The notes: generated from the sequence alone by a model not told the origin. A stretch of DNA of 64,000 nucleotides from Pseudanabaena sp. BL-A-41 (GCA_050632425.1 CP192607.1:4634158-4698157); one strand, 5' to 3'; shown: positions 1 through 9,666, numbered from the stretch's first letter. Numbers and translations: made by a program.

Positions 1-2
1 CC

Positions 3-623
3 GAGGTCACACCACAGCATTTATTGATGAATATTGGGGCTTACGAAAAAATCGGTTCCCTCGCACAGATGAACCCACCATTGCGATCGCCTCGTGATCA
101 AGAAATCCTTTGGCAAGCTTTGCTCGATGGCGTGATTGACTTTATTGCTACTGACCATGCGCCTCATACTTTGGCAGAGAAAGGCTTTGCTGCTAGCGAA
201 GATCAGCAAACTCCCCAATCCGAAAAATCTTCTAAGGACACCGTTCTGCTAGAGCCAGCCAATGTACCATCGGGAATGCCGGGGGTAGAAACTTCACTGC
301 CTTTGATGTTGACCCAAGCAGCAAAGGGACGTTGCACAGTCCATCAGGTTAGCCAATGGATGAGTAGAAATGTTGCGAAAGCTTACAAAATTGCGAATAA
401 AGGCGAGATTCGCATCGGTTGGGATGCTGACTTGGTGTTAGTCGATTTGAATAACTATAAACCTGTCCAAAATGAAGATTTGTTGACTAAATGTGGATGG
501 AGTTCCTTTGCGGGATGGGAGCTTACAGGTTGGGCAGTGACTACAATTGTCGGTGGTCAGGTGGTATTTACTAATGGTAAAGTCAATGCCGATGTGCGAG
601 GTCAAGCCTTGCAGTTTGGCTAG
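3..623 (+). CDS. pyrC: Dihydroorotase (amidohydrolase superfamily), C-terminal part; the 5' end lies outside the window
   Basis: The frame is open from nt 3 (EVTPQHLL...). Motifs DFIATDHAPH and SGMPGVETSLPLML are typical of dihydroorotases. Stop at 621-623. Confidence 0.8.
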   Translation, partial: EVTPQHLLMNIGAYEKIGSLAQMNPPLRSPRDQEILWQALLDGVIDFIATDHAPHTLAEKGFAASEDQQTPQSEKSSKDTVLLEPANVPSGMPGVETSLPLMLTQAAKGRCTVHQVSQWMSRNVAKAYKIANKGEIRIGWDADLVLVDLNNYKPVQNEDLLTKCGWSSFAGWELTGWAVTTIVGGQVVFTNGKVNADVRGQALQFG

Positions 624-660
624 ATTAACGACACAATGAACTACATAGACTTAAAAAATT

Positions 661-685
661 AAAAGCCTTGCAATGCAAGGCTTTT
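661..685 (+). terminator. Stem-loop downstream of pyrC
   Basis: aaaagccttgc-aat-gcaaggctttt, an 11-bp stem 38 nt after the stop. Confidence 0.55.
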
Positions 686-723
686 AATTATCTGGGTTTG
701 ACTAGAACGCACACTCAACATTT

Positions 724-1479
724 ATGTTTCTTTATCAAAAGTTGTCGATGAGGGTATCGATGTTACTACCCTTAGCAGCGATCGCGATGCTGCTATTTAC
801 AGCCTGTAGTAACTCCAATACTGGTGGCAAGAGTAATGTGTCTATGCCAGCTACTGATACCACAAAGGTTTCGCCAACTCCAACCAATACCAAAAACAAT
901 CCCAGCGCCAATCCTACCAATACAGCCAATCAAGTTGCTAGCCCCTCTAAATCACCTACACCTAGTCCGACAATTGACTTTAGCAAGCTCCCTGAACTAG
1001 AGATTGGCGAACTTGAACTGTATAAGCATCGTTCGGGCATTTTGGAAATTAGTGTACCCAAGGATTGGCAAGTTGTGGATAACAGCCAACCCAGCGAAAT
1101 TCTTGTTACTTGGAATGAGAAAGCAGGACGGGCTACTATTTCCTCGAATATTTTTGTGCCACCCAGTGAAATTCCTGAAAATCGTCTGAGTGATGTCTTT
1201 GAAATAATTGTTAAAGGAATGTATGGCAATCAGCCTGATTTCGAGATGCGATCGCCAGTGGTGGAATCGGCGGGAAATATTGTGATCGAATGGACATCAA
1301 CTGTAACAATTGGCAATAAAAAACTGAAATTCCAAGCCAATAGTAAAATGCAACGGGTGAATAACAAGTTTGCTATTTTAACTTTTGGCGCGATCGAACC
1401 CAAATTTACAGAAATGAAAGATTCCTTCGCTAAAATATCCAACAGTCAAACGGTGAATGCGAGTTTGGCTATTCCTTAA
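724..1479 (+). CDS. Putative lipoprotein, tandem paralog of the next gene (PsbP/Mog1-like fold suspected, not verified)
   Basis: It has a hydrophobic N-terminus ending in LFTAC (lipobox-like) and a Pro/Thr/Ser/Asn-rich linker. The C-terminal domain aligns with the 1528-2226 product (LELYKHRSG..VPKDW vs LEPYKHPSG..VPKGW; both end in ..AIP). Alternative starts at 748 and 760. Confidence 0.6.
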   Translation: MFLYQKLSMRVSMLLPLAAIAMLLFTACSNSNTGGKSNVSMPATDTTKVSPTPTNTKNNPSANPTNTANQVASPSKSPTPSPTIDFSKLPELEIGELELYKHRSGILEISVPKDWQVVDNSQPSEILVTWNEKAGRATISSNIFVPPSEIPENRLSDVFEIIVKGMYGNQPDFEMRSPVVESAGNIVIEWTSTVTIGNKKLKFQANSKMQRVNNKFAILTFGAIEPKFTEMKDSFAKISNSQTVNASLAIP

Positions 1480-1527
1480 AAGTTCACGACTTAAAATCTC
1501 AAATTAATCTCTAAAGTGAGGAGTGAA

Positions 1528-2226
1528 ATGCGAAAAACTAATTTTATAGTGACATCTCTTGGCGCGATCGCCTTCTTTGGCAGTTTGCTTGGAAGTTGCA
1601 CACCTAATACCCCTGAAACCAAACCTAGTGCATCGGCTAGTCCTAGTGCATCTAGTGCTGCAAAGACTCCAGATGCCAAAAGTGTAGCTACTAATCCTGA
1701 TACTGCACCAAAGTCCGATGCACGTATCATCAAAGTCAAAATCGATGGTTTAGAACCATACAAACATCCCTCTGGACTATTCCAACTTGATGTGCCTAAA
1801 GGTTGGAAGCCTCAAGAAAACAAGAAGCCTAACGAGGTAATTGTTTTATGGTTTGATCCCAGCAAAAATGCTTTGTTATCAGTAGACGTATTTAAAGCTC
1901 CCACAGAAACAACACCTGAGCAGTTGACCTCACTTTTGGAAACCTTCCTCAAATCAACTTTTGGCTCTAGAGCAGGATTTTCATCCGAAAAGCCCATCCA
2001 ACAAAAAGATGGCAGTGTCCAAATTGTGTGGAGCTATGATGAATCCATCAAAAATATCACGGCAAAAGTGCAGGGCAATAGTTTCATCAGCCGCAGTGGT
2101 GACAAGATTTCCCTAATTACTACTGGTGGTGTTGCCGATCAAATTCCTGCTTTAAAAGATTCCTTTGATCGTGTCGTCAATAGCTACAAAGTCGATCCCA
2201 CCGTCGCAATTCCTGCAACTCCCTAA
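1528..2226 (+). CDS. Putative lipoprotein, tandem paralog of 724-1479
   Basis: ATG at 1528 is preceded by GGAG. It has a signal peptide with LLGSC lipobox and an Ala/Ser/Pro-rich linker. The C-terminal domain is homologous to the upstream gene. Confidence 0.65.
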   Translation: MRKTNFIVTSLGAIAFFGSLLGSCTPNTPETKPSASASPSASSAAKTPDAKSVATNPDTAPKSDARIIKVKIDGLEPYKHPSGLFQLDVPKGWKPQENKKPNEVIVLWFDPSKNALLSVDVFKAPTETTPEQLTSLLETFLKSTFGSRAGFSSEKPIQQKDGSVQIVWSYDESIKNITAKVQGNSFISRSGDKISLITTGGVADQIPALKDSFDRVVNSYKVDPTVAIPATP

Positions 2227-2243
2227 TCTGGAGAACGAGTCCC

Positions 2244-2400
2244 ACTTACAGCGCTTTGCGCTCAAAACCGAACCAATAATTTTTAAAAGTGTTGCTCTGC
2301 AACACTTTTAAAAATTATTGGTTCGGTTGATCGGAAATTTTTGATAAAGAACTAGATTTTTGTAGCGTGGTGAAGTTGCGCTACAAAAAATCGGTTCCTT
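2244..2400 (+). repeat. Composite three-hairpin element, family D, copy 1
   Basis: acttacagcgctttgcgctcaaa, a long hairpin, gatcggaaatt, a second hairpin, then aaaatcggttcctt. It is collinear with 3777-3944. Confidence 0.7.
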
Positions 2401-2460
2401 GTTTTACTGTGCATTCCTGAAGTGAGGGCTTGCATTCACTTAAATATTCAAAAACTATCT

Positions 2461-3270
2461 ATGCAACTGGCGATCGCAATTATTGACGCATTTACCAATC
2501 AAGTATTTCGGGGCAACCCTGCGGCAACAGCCTTGGTGAATGAGTTTCCTGAAGATACTCAAATGCAGCAAATTGCCGCAGAAATGAATCTATCGGAAAC
2601 CGCCTTTGTTAAACCTTTATGTAAAAATCATTTTCAGTTACGGTGGTTTACGCCAAAGCAAGAGGTTCCGCTCTGTGGTCATGCCACCCTTGCGATGGCG
2701 CATTATCTCCGTGAAATTGCGGTGATCGCAACCGATACCCCACTTATTTTTTCAACCCTGAGCGGCGATCTCCAAATTAGCTTTGAAGATAGTTTGATCG
2801 TGATGGATTTTCCTGCGGCTTTCTATGAGAATTGCTCAGAGCGATCGCAACAGGTGCTCAAACAGATTTTTGGCGATCGTTCCTATATATGTCTTGGACA
2901 AAGTGCAGATTATCTGGCTGTAGTTTTAGATTCTGAGTCAGCCGTTCAAGATTTTGATCCCCCCTATGATCTCATCGCGCAGTTAGATGGATTCGGATTT
3001 ATTATTACAGCGATCGCCGATGCAGGTTATGACTATGATTTTGTCTCACGCTTTTTTGCCCCCAAAGCGGGAATTCCCGAAGATCCCGTCACTGGTTCAG
3101 CCCATTGTAGCCTGACTCCCTATTGGTCAAAACGTCTCGGTAAGGGGAGTCTCAAAGCCAAACAATTATCCCAGAGGACAGGTAATCTTGAGGTGAGCGA
3201 TCGCGGCGATCGAGTTTTGCTCAAAGGTGAGGCTGTCACTTTTTTACGCGGTCAAATTACATATTCTTAA
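2461..3270 (+). CDS. PhzF-family isomerase-like protein
   Basis: The N-terminus IIDAFTNQVFRGNPAA, plus SETAFV and GHATLA, is typical of the PhzF family. The ORF opens at GTG 2422, but ATG 2461 fits family N-termini better. Confidence 0.75.
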   Translation: MQLAIAIIDAFTNQVFRGNPAATALVNEFPEDTQMQQIAAEMNLSETAFVKPLCKNHFQLRWFTPKQEVPLCGHATLAMAHYLREIAVIATDTPLIFSTLSGDLQISFEDSLIVMDFPAAFYENCSERSQQVLKQIFGDRSYICLGQSADYLAVVLDSESAVQDFDPPYDLIAQLDGFGFIITAIADAGYDYDFVSRFFAPKAGIPEDPVTGSAHCSLTPYWSKRLGKGSLKAKQLSQRTGNLEVSDRGDRVLLKGEAVTFLRGQITYS

Positions 3271-3314
3271 TGTCTCCAAGCTTAAGCCTAGAACAATATT
3301 TTTTTCATATTGTT

Positions 3315-3551
3315 TCAGAAACCCGTATATTCAGAAAAATACCACCATAGAGAAACCCGATCCCCCTCATCGACAACGATGGAGAGCATCCCTTCATCTA
3401 AATCACGACGACAAGCTGCGATCGCTTCCTCTTGGTTGGGATGAATATTAATCGGTAAAAAAGTTTTACCCAAATAATAAATTCCTTTTTCATCACCCCA
3501 AGGTGTTAGCAAATTGATCGGCTGAATTTCAGAGGAAGATAGAATAATCAT
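3315..3551 (-). CDS. Small hypothetical protein (78 aa)
   Basis: Intact ORF in an otherwise non-coding gap. No recognisable motif. Confidence 0.35.
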   Translation of the reverse strand: MIILSSSEIQPINLLTPWGDEKGIYYLGKTFLPINIHPNQEEAIAACRRDLDEGMLSIVVDEGDRVSLWWYFSEYTGF

Positions 3552-3776
3552 AACTTTGGATTAACATAGGGCGATCTGCATAATTCCTATGTTCTAACAA
3601 TTCTCTTCTATCCACAGTGATCCCCAACTAATGCTACTGGTGACTATCGCAGCCCGCATCCGTGACCAAACTAAGCGATGGGAGTGACGCAAATCACCAG
3701 TGCTTGTTGCTCATCAAGAATTTTCGGAAAGTGTGGCGAAGCCGTACTTTCCGAAAATTCTTAAAGCTTTTGGACT

Positions 3777-3944
3777 ACTTACAGCGCTTTGCGCTCAAAT
3801 CCAAACCAAGAAAAATTTTGAAAACGTTGCTTCGCAACGTTTTCAAAATTTTTCTTGTGGTTCGTTTGATCGGAAATTGCTGTAGGGTTCTAAGGAACTG
3901 ATTTTTGTGGCGCGGCAAAGCCGCGCCACAAAAATCGGTTCCTT
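3777..3944 (+). repeat. Composite three-hairpin element, family D, copy 2
   Basis: It has the same conserved linkers as copy 1. The hairpin arms differ but stay self-complementary. The last 2 nt overlap the stop of 3943-5043. Confidence 0.7.
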
Positions 3945-5043
3945 ATGCTGTTTTTATGATTGGTAAAAACACTTTTACATGAGTTAGTTCGTAGGGAATA
4001 CTCTCAATTTCTAAGCGTCCACCATGTAGTTCAATCAGTCTTGTGGCGATCGCTAAACCTAAACCCGTACCCTGTTGAATATATAGTTTCTTCTCAAACT
4101 TCATGTAAGCGCCAAAACTCGCAATCTGTTCAGGCTCGATCCCCTGACCGCGATCGGTAACACATAGACAATATTCTGTTTGATTGCTGCTCCCCGATAC
4201 GCTGACAGTTGTGCCTTCAGGAGAAAACTTAAATCCGTTATCAATGATTTCCTTAGCGATTACATTCAAATAAGAATCTGAGATTTGAATAGTTTCATCC
4301 TTAATCTCAACAACTAAATCCGAGGCGCGATTATAATGTTCTGCGATTTTTCGAGCACAACTGGAGATCTCAATATCGACAAAAGTTGTCTTACTATTGC
4401 GGATCTGGCTCATCCACTCGGTATTGTTTTCGGTTGACTCTAACTCAGCATACAGCAGAAATTTTTTCACCATCTCATGCATATTTCGCCCCGCTTTCCG
4501 AATTCGCTTACCGATATCGGGCACTTCATGAGCTTCCATCGCATGATAATTTTTAACCAAGATATCCGCTAAACCCATCACCTCGATCGCAGGGAACAGC
4601 AACTGATGGGGTAATGACTTAGAGATATTGCCGCGTAAATTATCTAATTCTTGCTTGTAATAACTATTGATAATCTCTTGCTTTTTAAACTGAGCATTAA
4701 TCGCACCAAGTAACTCATCTCTGGTAAATGGCTTAGTCAGGTAGTCATCGGAACCAAGTTCCATGCCTTGACGAAAGTCAGTTTTATCAGACTTAGCACT
4801 GAGAAATATAAAAGGAATTGCCGTGGTTGCAGGATTATTCCGTAATGCGCTAATAACTCCATAGCCATCAATCTCTGGCATCATAATATCGCAAATGATC
4901 AAGCTAGGAATATGCTGCTGAGCCATATCTAGACCTTGGCGACCATTATTTGCCGTGATTACCATATAGCCCTCAGCTTGCAGCATTCTTGATGTATTTT
5001 GCAAAACGTTGGGATTATCTTCGATTAGGAGAATTTTTTTCAT
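3943..5043 (-). CDS. Receiver-first histidine-kinase-like protein (REC + degenerate H-box + HATPase)
   Basis: REC motifs IEDNP...CDIMMPEIDG...TKPF. H-box-like SLPHQLLFP. ATPase motifs DNGFKF, DRGQGI, GTGLGLAIA. Confidence 0.8.
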   Translation of the reverse strand: MKKILLIEDNPNVLQNTSRMLQAEGYMVITANNGRQGLDMAQQHIPSLIICDIMMPEIDGYGVISALRNNPATTAIPFIFLSAKSDKTDFRQGMELGSDDYLTKPFTRDELLGAINAQFKKQEIINSYYKQELDNLRGNISKSLPHQLLFPAIEVMGLADILVKNYHAMEAHEVPDIGKRIRKAGRNMHEMVKKFLLYAELESTENNTEWMSQIRNSKTTFVDIEISSCARKIAEHYNRASDLVVEIKDETIQISDSYLNVIAKEIIDNGFKFSPEGTTVSVSGSSNQTEYCLCVTDRGQGIEPEQIASFGAYMKFEKKLYIQQGTGLGLAIATRLIELHGGRLEIESIPYELTHVKVFLPIIKTA

Positions 5044-5180
5044 GCTAGCCTTGCAGTATCCTTAAAAACATTATACCGATAGAGATCGTTACTCAAAATT
5101 AGACATACAGCATCTTGCATAAATAGTAGATCTAGAGAAATTTTTGACAGGCTTGCTTTGTAGCTATGTCAAAAATTTCT

Positions 5181-6458
5181 CTAGGTTGTTAGATGATTAT
5201 CAATTGGTAAGGTAACTCTAAATTCTGTTCCTATATTTAATTGACTCTTGACAGATATCAAACCATTGTGAATATCTACACAGTTTTTCACAATTGATAA
5301 ACCTAAGCCCGTACCAGGTAATATACCAACATTTTTACCTCGATGAAATGCGCTAAATAAATGGATTAAGTCTTCTTCAGGAATACCGATCCCGTGATCA
5401 CTGATGATGAAGATTGCCTTCTCCTGATCAATAATCATTTGAAAATCAATATCTTTATTTTCAGGGGAATACTTAATTGCATTGGTGATTAGATTGGAGA
5501 GGATTTGACGTAAGAGTTTCTCATCCATCTGCACTGTAAATTGAGGAATATCCTGTTGTAGATGAGGATTATCAATTGATATATCATTCACTGAATGATG
5601 GAATGATGAATGGAGGTTATAGTTTTTACCAAATGTTCTTTGGATTTGGCGTAGTAATTGCTTGCAAAATTTTAAAAGATCAAATTCAGTTATATTTAGC
5701 TTTGCCTTGTTGGCATTAGTCCGACTGAGGAATAATACATCTTCCATTAATTCGGTCATATGCTTCACTTCCGATTGGATTTGATGCAATTGTTCAGTTT
5801 TTTCTTCTTTTGTCCATTCATAGTGTTCTAGTAGCTCGGCGGCACTCTGAATCGTAGTCAGGGGAGTGCGGAACTCATGGGAGACAACTGAGATAAAGTT
5901 GGTTTTCATTTCACTGAGTTCTCGCTCTTGTTTTAGCGATCGCGCCAATACTGAAGCCGATAATTGTAACTGTTCATTTTGTTCTTGCAATTTCTTTTGG
6001 AGAGAACATAATCGCAGATGGGTTTCAATTCTGGCTAGGACTTCGATTAATTGAAATGGCTTACTAATATAGTCCACACCTCCTACAGAAAATGCTTCTA
6101 CCTTTTCCGATGGTTCTTCAATGGAACTAATGAAAATGATTGGGATTCCTTGGGTTGTAGGATTAGCTTTGAGGATTTTACAAACTTCGTAACCATCAAT
6201 ATCAGGCATCCGAATATCAAGCAAAATTATGTCAGGTAAGAGTTGATTTGCTTTTTCTAAGGCTTCTTGACCATTTGTTGCTTGTTCAACCACATAACCT
6301 TGTCTGATGAGCATTAGGGATAACAGCTGAATATTATAAAGGGTGTCATCAACAATGAGTATTGAAGAAGTATTTATTGCTTTTTCCTCTTCCCCCTTTT
6401 GTATTTGTTGTGATTCCTGATTAAAATCTTGATTGAGATCTAGATTATTCATAGCCAA
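5181..6458 (-). CDS. Receiver-first histidine kinase (REC-HisKA-HATPase)
   Basis: REC (VDDTLYN...LDIRMPDIDG...SKPF), coiled coil, H-box SHEFRTPL, N-box NAIKYSP, G-boxes DHGIGI and GTGLGLSIV. Confidence 0.85.
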   Translation of the reverse strand: MAMNNLDLNQDFNQESQQIQKGEEEKAINTSSILIVDDTLYNIQLLSLMLIRQGYVVEQATNGQEALEKANQLLPDIILLDIRMPDIDGYEVCKILKANPTTQGIPIIFISSIEEPSEKVEAFSVGGVDYISKPFQLIEVLARIETHLRLCSLQKKLQEQNEQLQLSASVLARSLKQERELSEMKTNFISVVSHEFRTPLTTIQSAAELLEHYEWTKEEKTEQLHQIQSEVKHMTELMEDVLFLSRTNANKAKLNITEFDLLKFCKQLLRQIQRTFGKNYNLHSSFHHSVNDISIDNPHLQQDIPQFTVQMDEKLLRQILSNLITNAIKYSPENKDIDFQMIIDQEKAIFIISDHGIGIPEEDLIHLFSAFHRGKNVGILPGTGLGLSIVKNCVDIHNGLISVKSQLNIGTEFRVTLPIDNHLTT

Positions 6459-6486
6459 AGTTTTTGGATGTTTCTAAAATAATATA

Positions 6487-6545
6487 GCAATCCTAAATAG
6501 TTTGAGAGAGTATGTCCCGAAGGGACATACTCTCTCAAACTATTT
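6487..6545. repeat. Hairpin repeat family E
   Basis: gcaatcctaaatagtttgagagagtatgtcccgaagggacatactctctcaaactattt. Confidence 0.5.
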
Positions 6546-6566
6546 CATATCAAATTTGGTAAGTCT

Positions 6567-7292
6567 ATGCAGTTTTCGGTAATTCTTCCATGTCTCAATG
6601 AAATTCGGCATGGTTATCTAGAACCTATTCTCAGTAATTTAGTTTCACAAAATGGGGAAAAAGAAATTATTGCCGTTGTCAGTACTAGTGATGATGGAAC
6701 TGATCGAGTCTTAGAGGAATATGCGTCGCGGTTTGCCGAAATCCAAGTCCTGCGATCGCTAGCTCGAAATCGTGCTCAGAGGCTCAATGAGGGAATTGCA
6801 ATCAGTCGGGGTGAGGTTATTTTATTACATCATCCTGCCACACTATTACCAAAGGGCATTGCCTTACAGCTAATTGAGGAGGTGTTAGGTTCAGGTTATC
6901 AATGGGGAGCATTTCAGCATAGTTTCGATGTTTCCCACTGGCTACTGCGCTTTACCTCTTGGTATTCCGATAATGTGCGGGTTAAACAAAAAGGAATTGT
7001 CTATTTTGATCACTGTCCATTTGCCGATCGCCAATTTTTAGCGTCAGTTGGTAATGTCCCCGATCTTGATATTTTTGAAGATACGGTATTGAGCGATCGC
7101 CTTCGTCGATTGTCTCAACCAGTTATAGCCAAAGGCAAAGTGACGACCTCAGCGCGTAGATTTCAGCAAAGAGGCATTTATCAGCACGCTATGCTCAATC
7201 AATTGCTGAAAATCTGTTATCACTTCAACATCGATCCCCAATGGCTCAATCGGTTGTATGAACAAAAATCTAGTATTAACGTCAAGTATTAA
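6567..7292 (+). CDS. Family 2 glycosyltransferase-like protein
   Basis: The N-terminal FSVILPCLNE and the size resemble small GT2 enzymes. Confidence 0.6.
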   Translation: MQFSVILPCLNEIRHGYLEPILSNLVSQNGEKEIIAVVSTSDDGTDRVLEEYASRFAEIQVLRSLARNRAQRLNEGIAISRGEVILLHHPATLLPKGIALQLIEEVLGSGYQWGAFQHSFDVSHWLLRFTSWYSDNVRVKQKGIVYFDHCPFADRQFLASVGNVPDLDIFEDTVLSDRLRRLSQPVIAKGKVTTSARRFQQRGIYQHAMLNQLLKICYHFNIDPQWLNRLYEQKSSINVKY

Positions 7293-7311
7293 GAGAGTTT
7301 AGAGGCTAGAC

Positions 7312-7971
7312 ATGATAAGTAAATCTCCAAGCAGCAGCAATCTATTTCGATCATTCCTAATGTTCGGCACTTTAGGGGCTTTGTCCTTAGGGACACCATT
7401 TGCCAATGCCCAAGTAAATACCCCAACTAACAGCCAAACAAATTATGGCGGTTTGAATAGCCAGCAAAAATTATTACTCAAGTCCTTGGGAATTGCGATC
7501 GCCGTACCGAGTTATGTGCCCAAAGGATTTCGGGTAGCGGATGTGCAGACCACACCATGTCCTGCCAATGCTCAGCGCAATGCGAAAGGGGTATGTCGAT
7601 TTGGTCCTAGCTATACGATTGTCTATCGCAATTTTCAAAACAACTGCTTTGAGGTAAATGCGATCGGTGGTGGCATTGGAGGACCTGATGGGAAATATTA
7701 CCGCAAGGTCAATAGCCAAATTTTAGGTGAGGTGGATCTCAATATTGATATTTCCAGAGGAGAACGTAGTCAACCAATTTCGGAGGCAATGGGTAAATCA
7801 CCTCAAACGAATATGTGGACTTTCCCCGCAGGTACATCTCCGTTTTATCAAGTTGCCACTATTGAAGGCAAGAGAATGCGTCATGACAAACCAATTTTCT
7901 GTAGTTCTAGGGCCTATATGACTCCCAATGAATTAACAAAAATTGTCCAATCCCTTGATTGGCTGCCATAA
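7312..7971 (+). CDS. Secreted hypothetical protein
   Basis: Signal peptide ending FANAQ, and several Cys residues. No family recognised. Confidence 0.5.
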   Translation: MISKSPSSSNLFRSFLMFGTLGALSLGTPFANAQVNTPTNSQTNYGGLNSQQKLLLKSLGIAIAVPSYVPKGFRVADVQTTPCPANAQRNAKGVCRFGPSYTIVYRNFQNNCFEVNAIGGGIGGPDGKYYRKVNSQILGEVDLNIDISRGERSQPISEAMGKSPQTNMWTFPAGTSPFYQVATIEGKRMRHDKPIFCSSRAYMTPNELTKIVQSLDWLP

Positions 7972-8020
7972 TACAGTTTGCAATTAATTCCAGAAAAACT
8001 TTAACGAGGAGTTCTTAAGG

Positions 8021-9307
8021 GTGACAGGCTCTAACCATAATTACATTCATGCCTATGACCGATTACAGCGATCGCCAAACTATCAGAAATCGGCAAATCT
8101 AAAATCGGGGAAAGGGCGATCCAATTCATGGCAATCATGGTTATATCGTGGTGGGGATGTTTTATTTGCAACTTGGGTGGGTTTAATTTGTGCCGTGCCA
8201 CCCTGCTATATGCAGACAGAATTTCAAGCGCCAGTTGAAGCGGCGGAATTAAAACTCGCTCAAGTGATCGCACCAATTTCACCGCGTGCGGTTAATCCGC
8301 TCAGCCTTGATCTGACCGATGATCTCTTAGAGAGCGATCGCCCTAATCTGTTGCAAGCGATCGACAATAGTCTTCAATACATTCGCACCCCTTCCGCCGA
8401 GCGTCGTTACCCCGTAGCAGGAATTAGTCGCGATCGCATGGAGCGGAGTCTTGTGAGATTTCGCCGCCTTGTACAAGTTTCCCGCACTGCTAAAGATCTC
8501 CAACAGGCTGTCAATCGTGAGTTTGATCTCTATCGGTCGGTTGGGCGTGATGGTACTGGGGCAGTACAGTTTACGGGTTACTACGAAGCGGTATATAAGG
8601 CAAGTCGTACCCGTACCGAGGAGTTTAAATATCCCCTCTATCGTTTACCGTCAGACTTTGATCAATGGCGATCGCCCCATCCGACTCGTGCCATGTTGGA
8701 GGGGAGTAAGCAGTTAGCAGGTCTAGAAATTGCATGGCTCAGCGATCGCTTTCAAGCCTTTTTGGTTCATGTCCAAGGCTCGGCAAGGTTTGAGTTACCC
8801 GATGGCAAATTATTGACCGTTGGCTATGCAGGCAAAACCGATCAGCCCTATCGTTCAGTGGGTGCAGAGCTAGTTAGGGATGGCAAAATGCGTCTCGAAG
8901 ATGTGACTCTACAAACCCTCATCGAATATTTCAAAAAAAATCCCCAAGACTTAAATACTTACCTTAACCGTAATCCCAGTTTTGTCTTTTTCCGCGAAAC
9001 TAACGGCAAACCTGCAACGGGTAGCCTTGGTTTACCTGTGACGGCTGAGCGCTCGATCGCTACAGATAAAAAAATATTCCCCTCTGCTGGTATTGGTCTT
9101 ATTCGTACCGAGATCCCCTTTGAAAATCCAAAAACTGGCAAGCTGGAATTACATCAAGTTCAGAGATTTGTGCTTGATCAAGATACGGGTGGAGCAATTC
9201 GTGGTGCGGGGCGCGTTGATATTTTTATGGGAACAGGCGATCGCGCTAAACAAAGGGCTGGGCTAATTAAGGGTGACGGTGAATTGTACTATCTTGTACT
9301 AAAGTAA
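8021..9307 (+). CDS. mltA: Lytic murein transglycosylase A-like protein (MltA + 3D domain)
   Basis: FTGYYE, LVHVQGSARF and the C-terminal DTGGAIRG..RVDIFMGTG are MltA/3D-domain signatures. The start (GTG 8021) is uncertain. Confidence 0.75.
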   Translation: MTGSNHNYIHAYDRLQRSPNYQKSANLKSGKGRSNSWQSWLYRGGDVLFATWVGLICAVPPCYMQTEFQAPVEAAELKLAQVIAPISPRAVNPLSLDLTDDLLESDRPNLLQAIDNSLQYIRTPSAERRYPVAGISRDRMERSLVRFRRLVQVSRTAKDLQQAVNREFDLYRSVGRDGTGAVQFTGYYEAVYKASRTRTEEFKYPLYRLPSDFDQWRSPHPTRAMLEGSKQLAGLEIAWLSDRFQAFLVHVQGSARFELPDGKLLTVGYAGKTDQPYRSVGAELVRDGKMRLEDVTLQTLIEYFKKNPQDLNTYLNRNPSFVFFRETNGKPATGSLGLPVTAERSIATDKKIFPSAGIGLIRTEIPFENPKTGKLELHQVQRFVLDQDTGGAIRGAGRVDIFMGTGDRAKQRAGLIKGDGELYYLVLK

Positions 9308-9355
9308 AAATTTTGCACCACAAATCTGGTGCAATCCCCTAAGCGATTTTTAGAT

Positions 9356-9616
9356 ATGCCAATTAATAATCCTTTTACGATCAGAATGCAAATTACGCGG
9401 ATGTTTGAGCAGGGGCAATCCCTCTTTGCTGAACTCAAAGTCCAAGACTGGCTCAAGGAACGCAATCATAATCCTAAGGATTACATAATTCGCTTTCATC
9501 AAAAAATGGCTCCCGTTGGTTCCGCTTCTTCGATGAATGTAGAGATAGAACTCCTTCGCAAAGATGGTCAACCCGTCGATGAATGGTTATTACAGGAGCT
9601 TCAGCGTCAAAGTTAA
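9356..9616 (+). CDS. Small hypothetical protein
   Basis: The ORF opens at GTG 9329 and the first ATG is 9356. It is followed by a strong hairpin. No motif recognised. Confidence 0.4.
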   Translation: MPINNPFTIRMQITRMFEQGQSLFAELKVQDWLKERNHNPKDYIIRFHQKMAPVGSASSMNVEIELLRKDGQPVDEWLLQELQRQS

Positions 9617-9620
9617 ACGT

Positions 9621-9660
9621 AAAAATTGGGGCTATCCGCTAGCGGATAGCCCCAATTTTT
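9621..9660 (+). terminator. Stem-loop with T-run after 9356-9616
   Basis: aaaaattggggctatccgc-ta-gcggatagccccaattttt. Confidence 0.65.
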
Positions 9661-9666
9661 GATACA

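Noticed and set aside
2280-2330. tRNA-like ggttcg strings in family D elements (also near 3855-3870)
   Set aside because: There is no cloverleaf, no acceptor/T-arm arrangement and no anticodon stem. They are arms of long perfect hairpins.
3662-3901. Two overlapping ORFs (79 and 61 aa) in the gap between 3551 and 3943
   Set aside because: They run through hairpin 3716-3762 and the family D palindromic element. Such ORFs arise trivially in palindromic repeats, and the products are low-complexity and Lys/Arg/Leu-rich.
5181-6458. Low-GC receiver-kinase gene as a horizontally acquired island
   Set aside because: It is visibly AT-rich with only one HIP1. However, its architecture matches the neighbouring kinase gene and there are no mobility or boundary signatures. 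I cannot distinguish this from gene-specific composition without genome-wide statistics.
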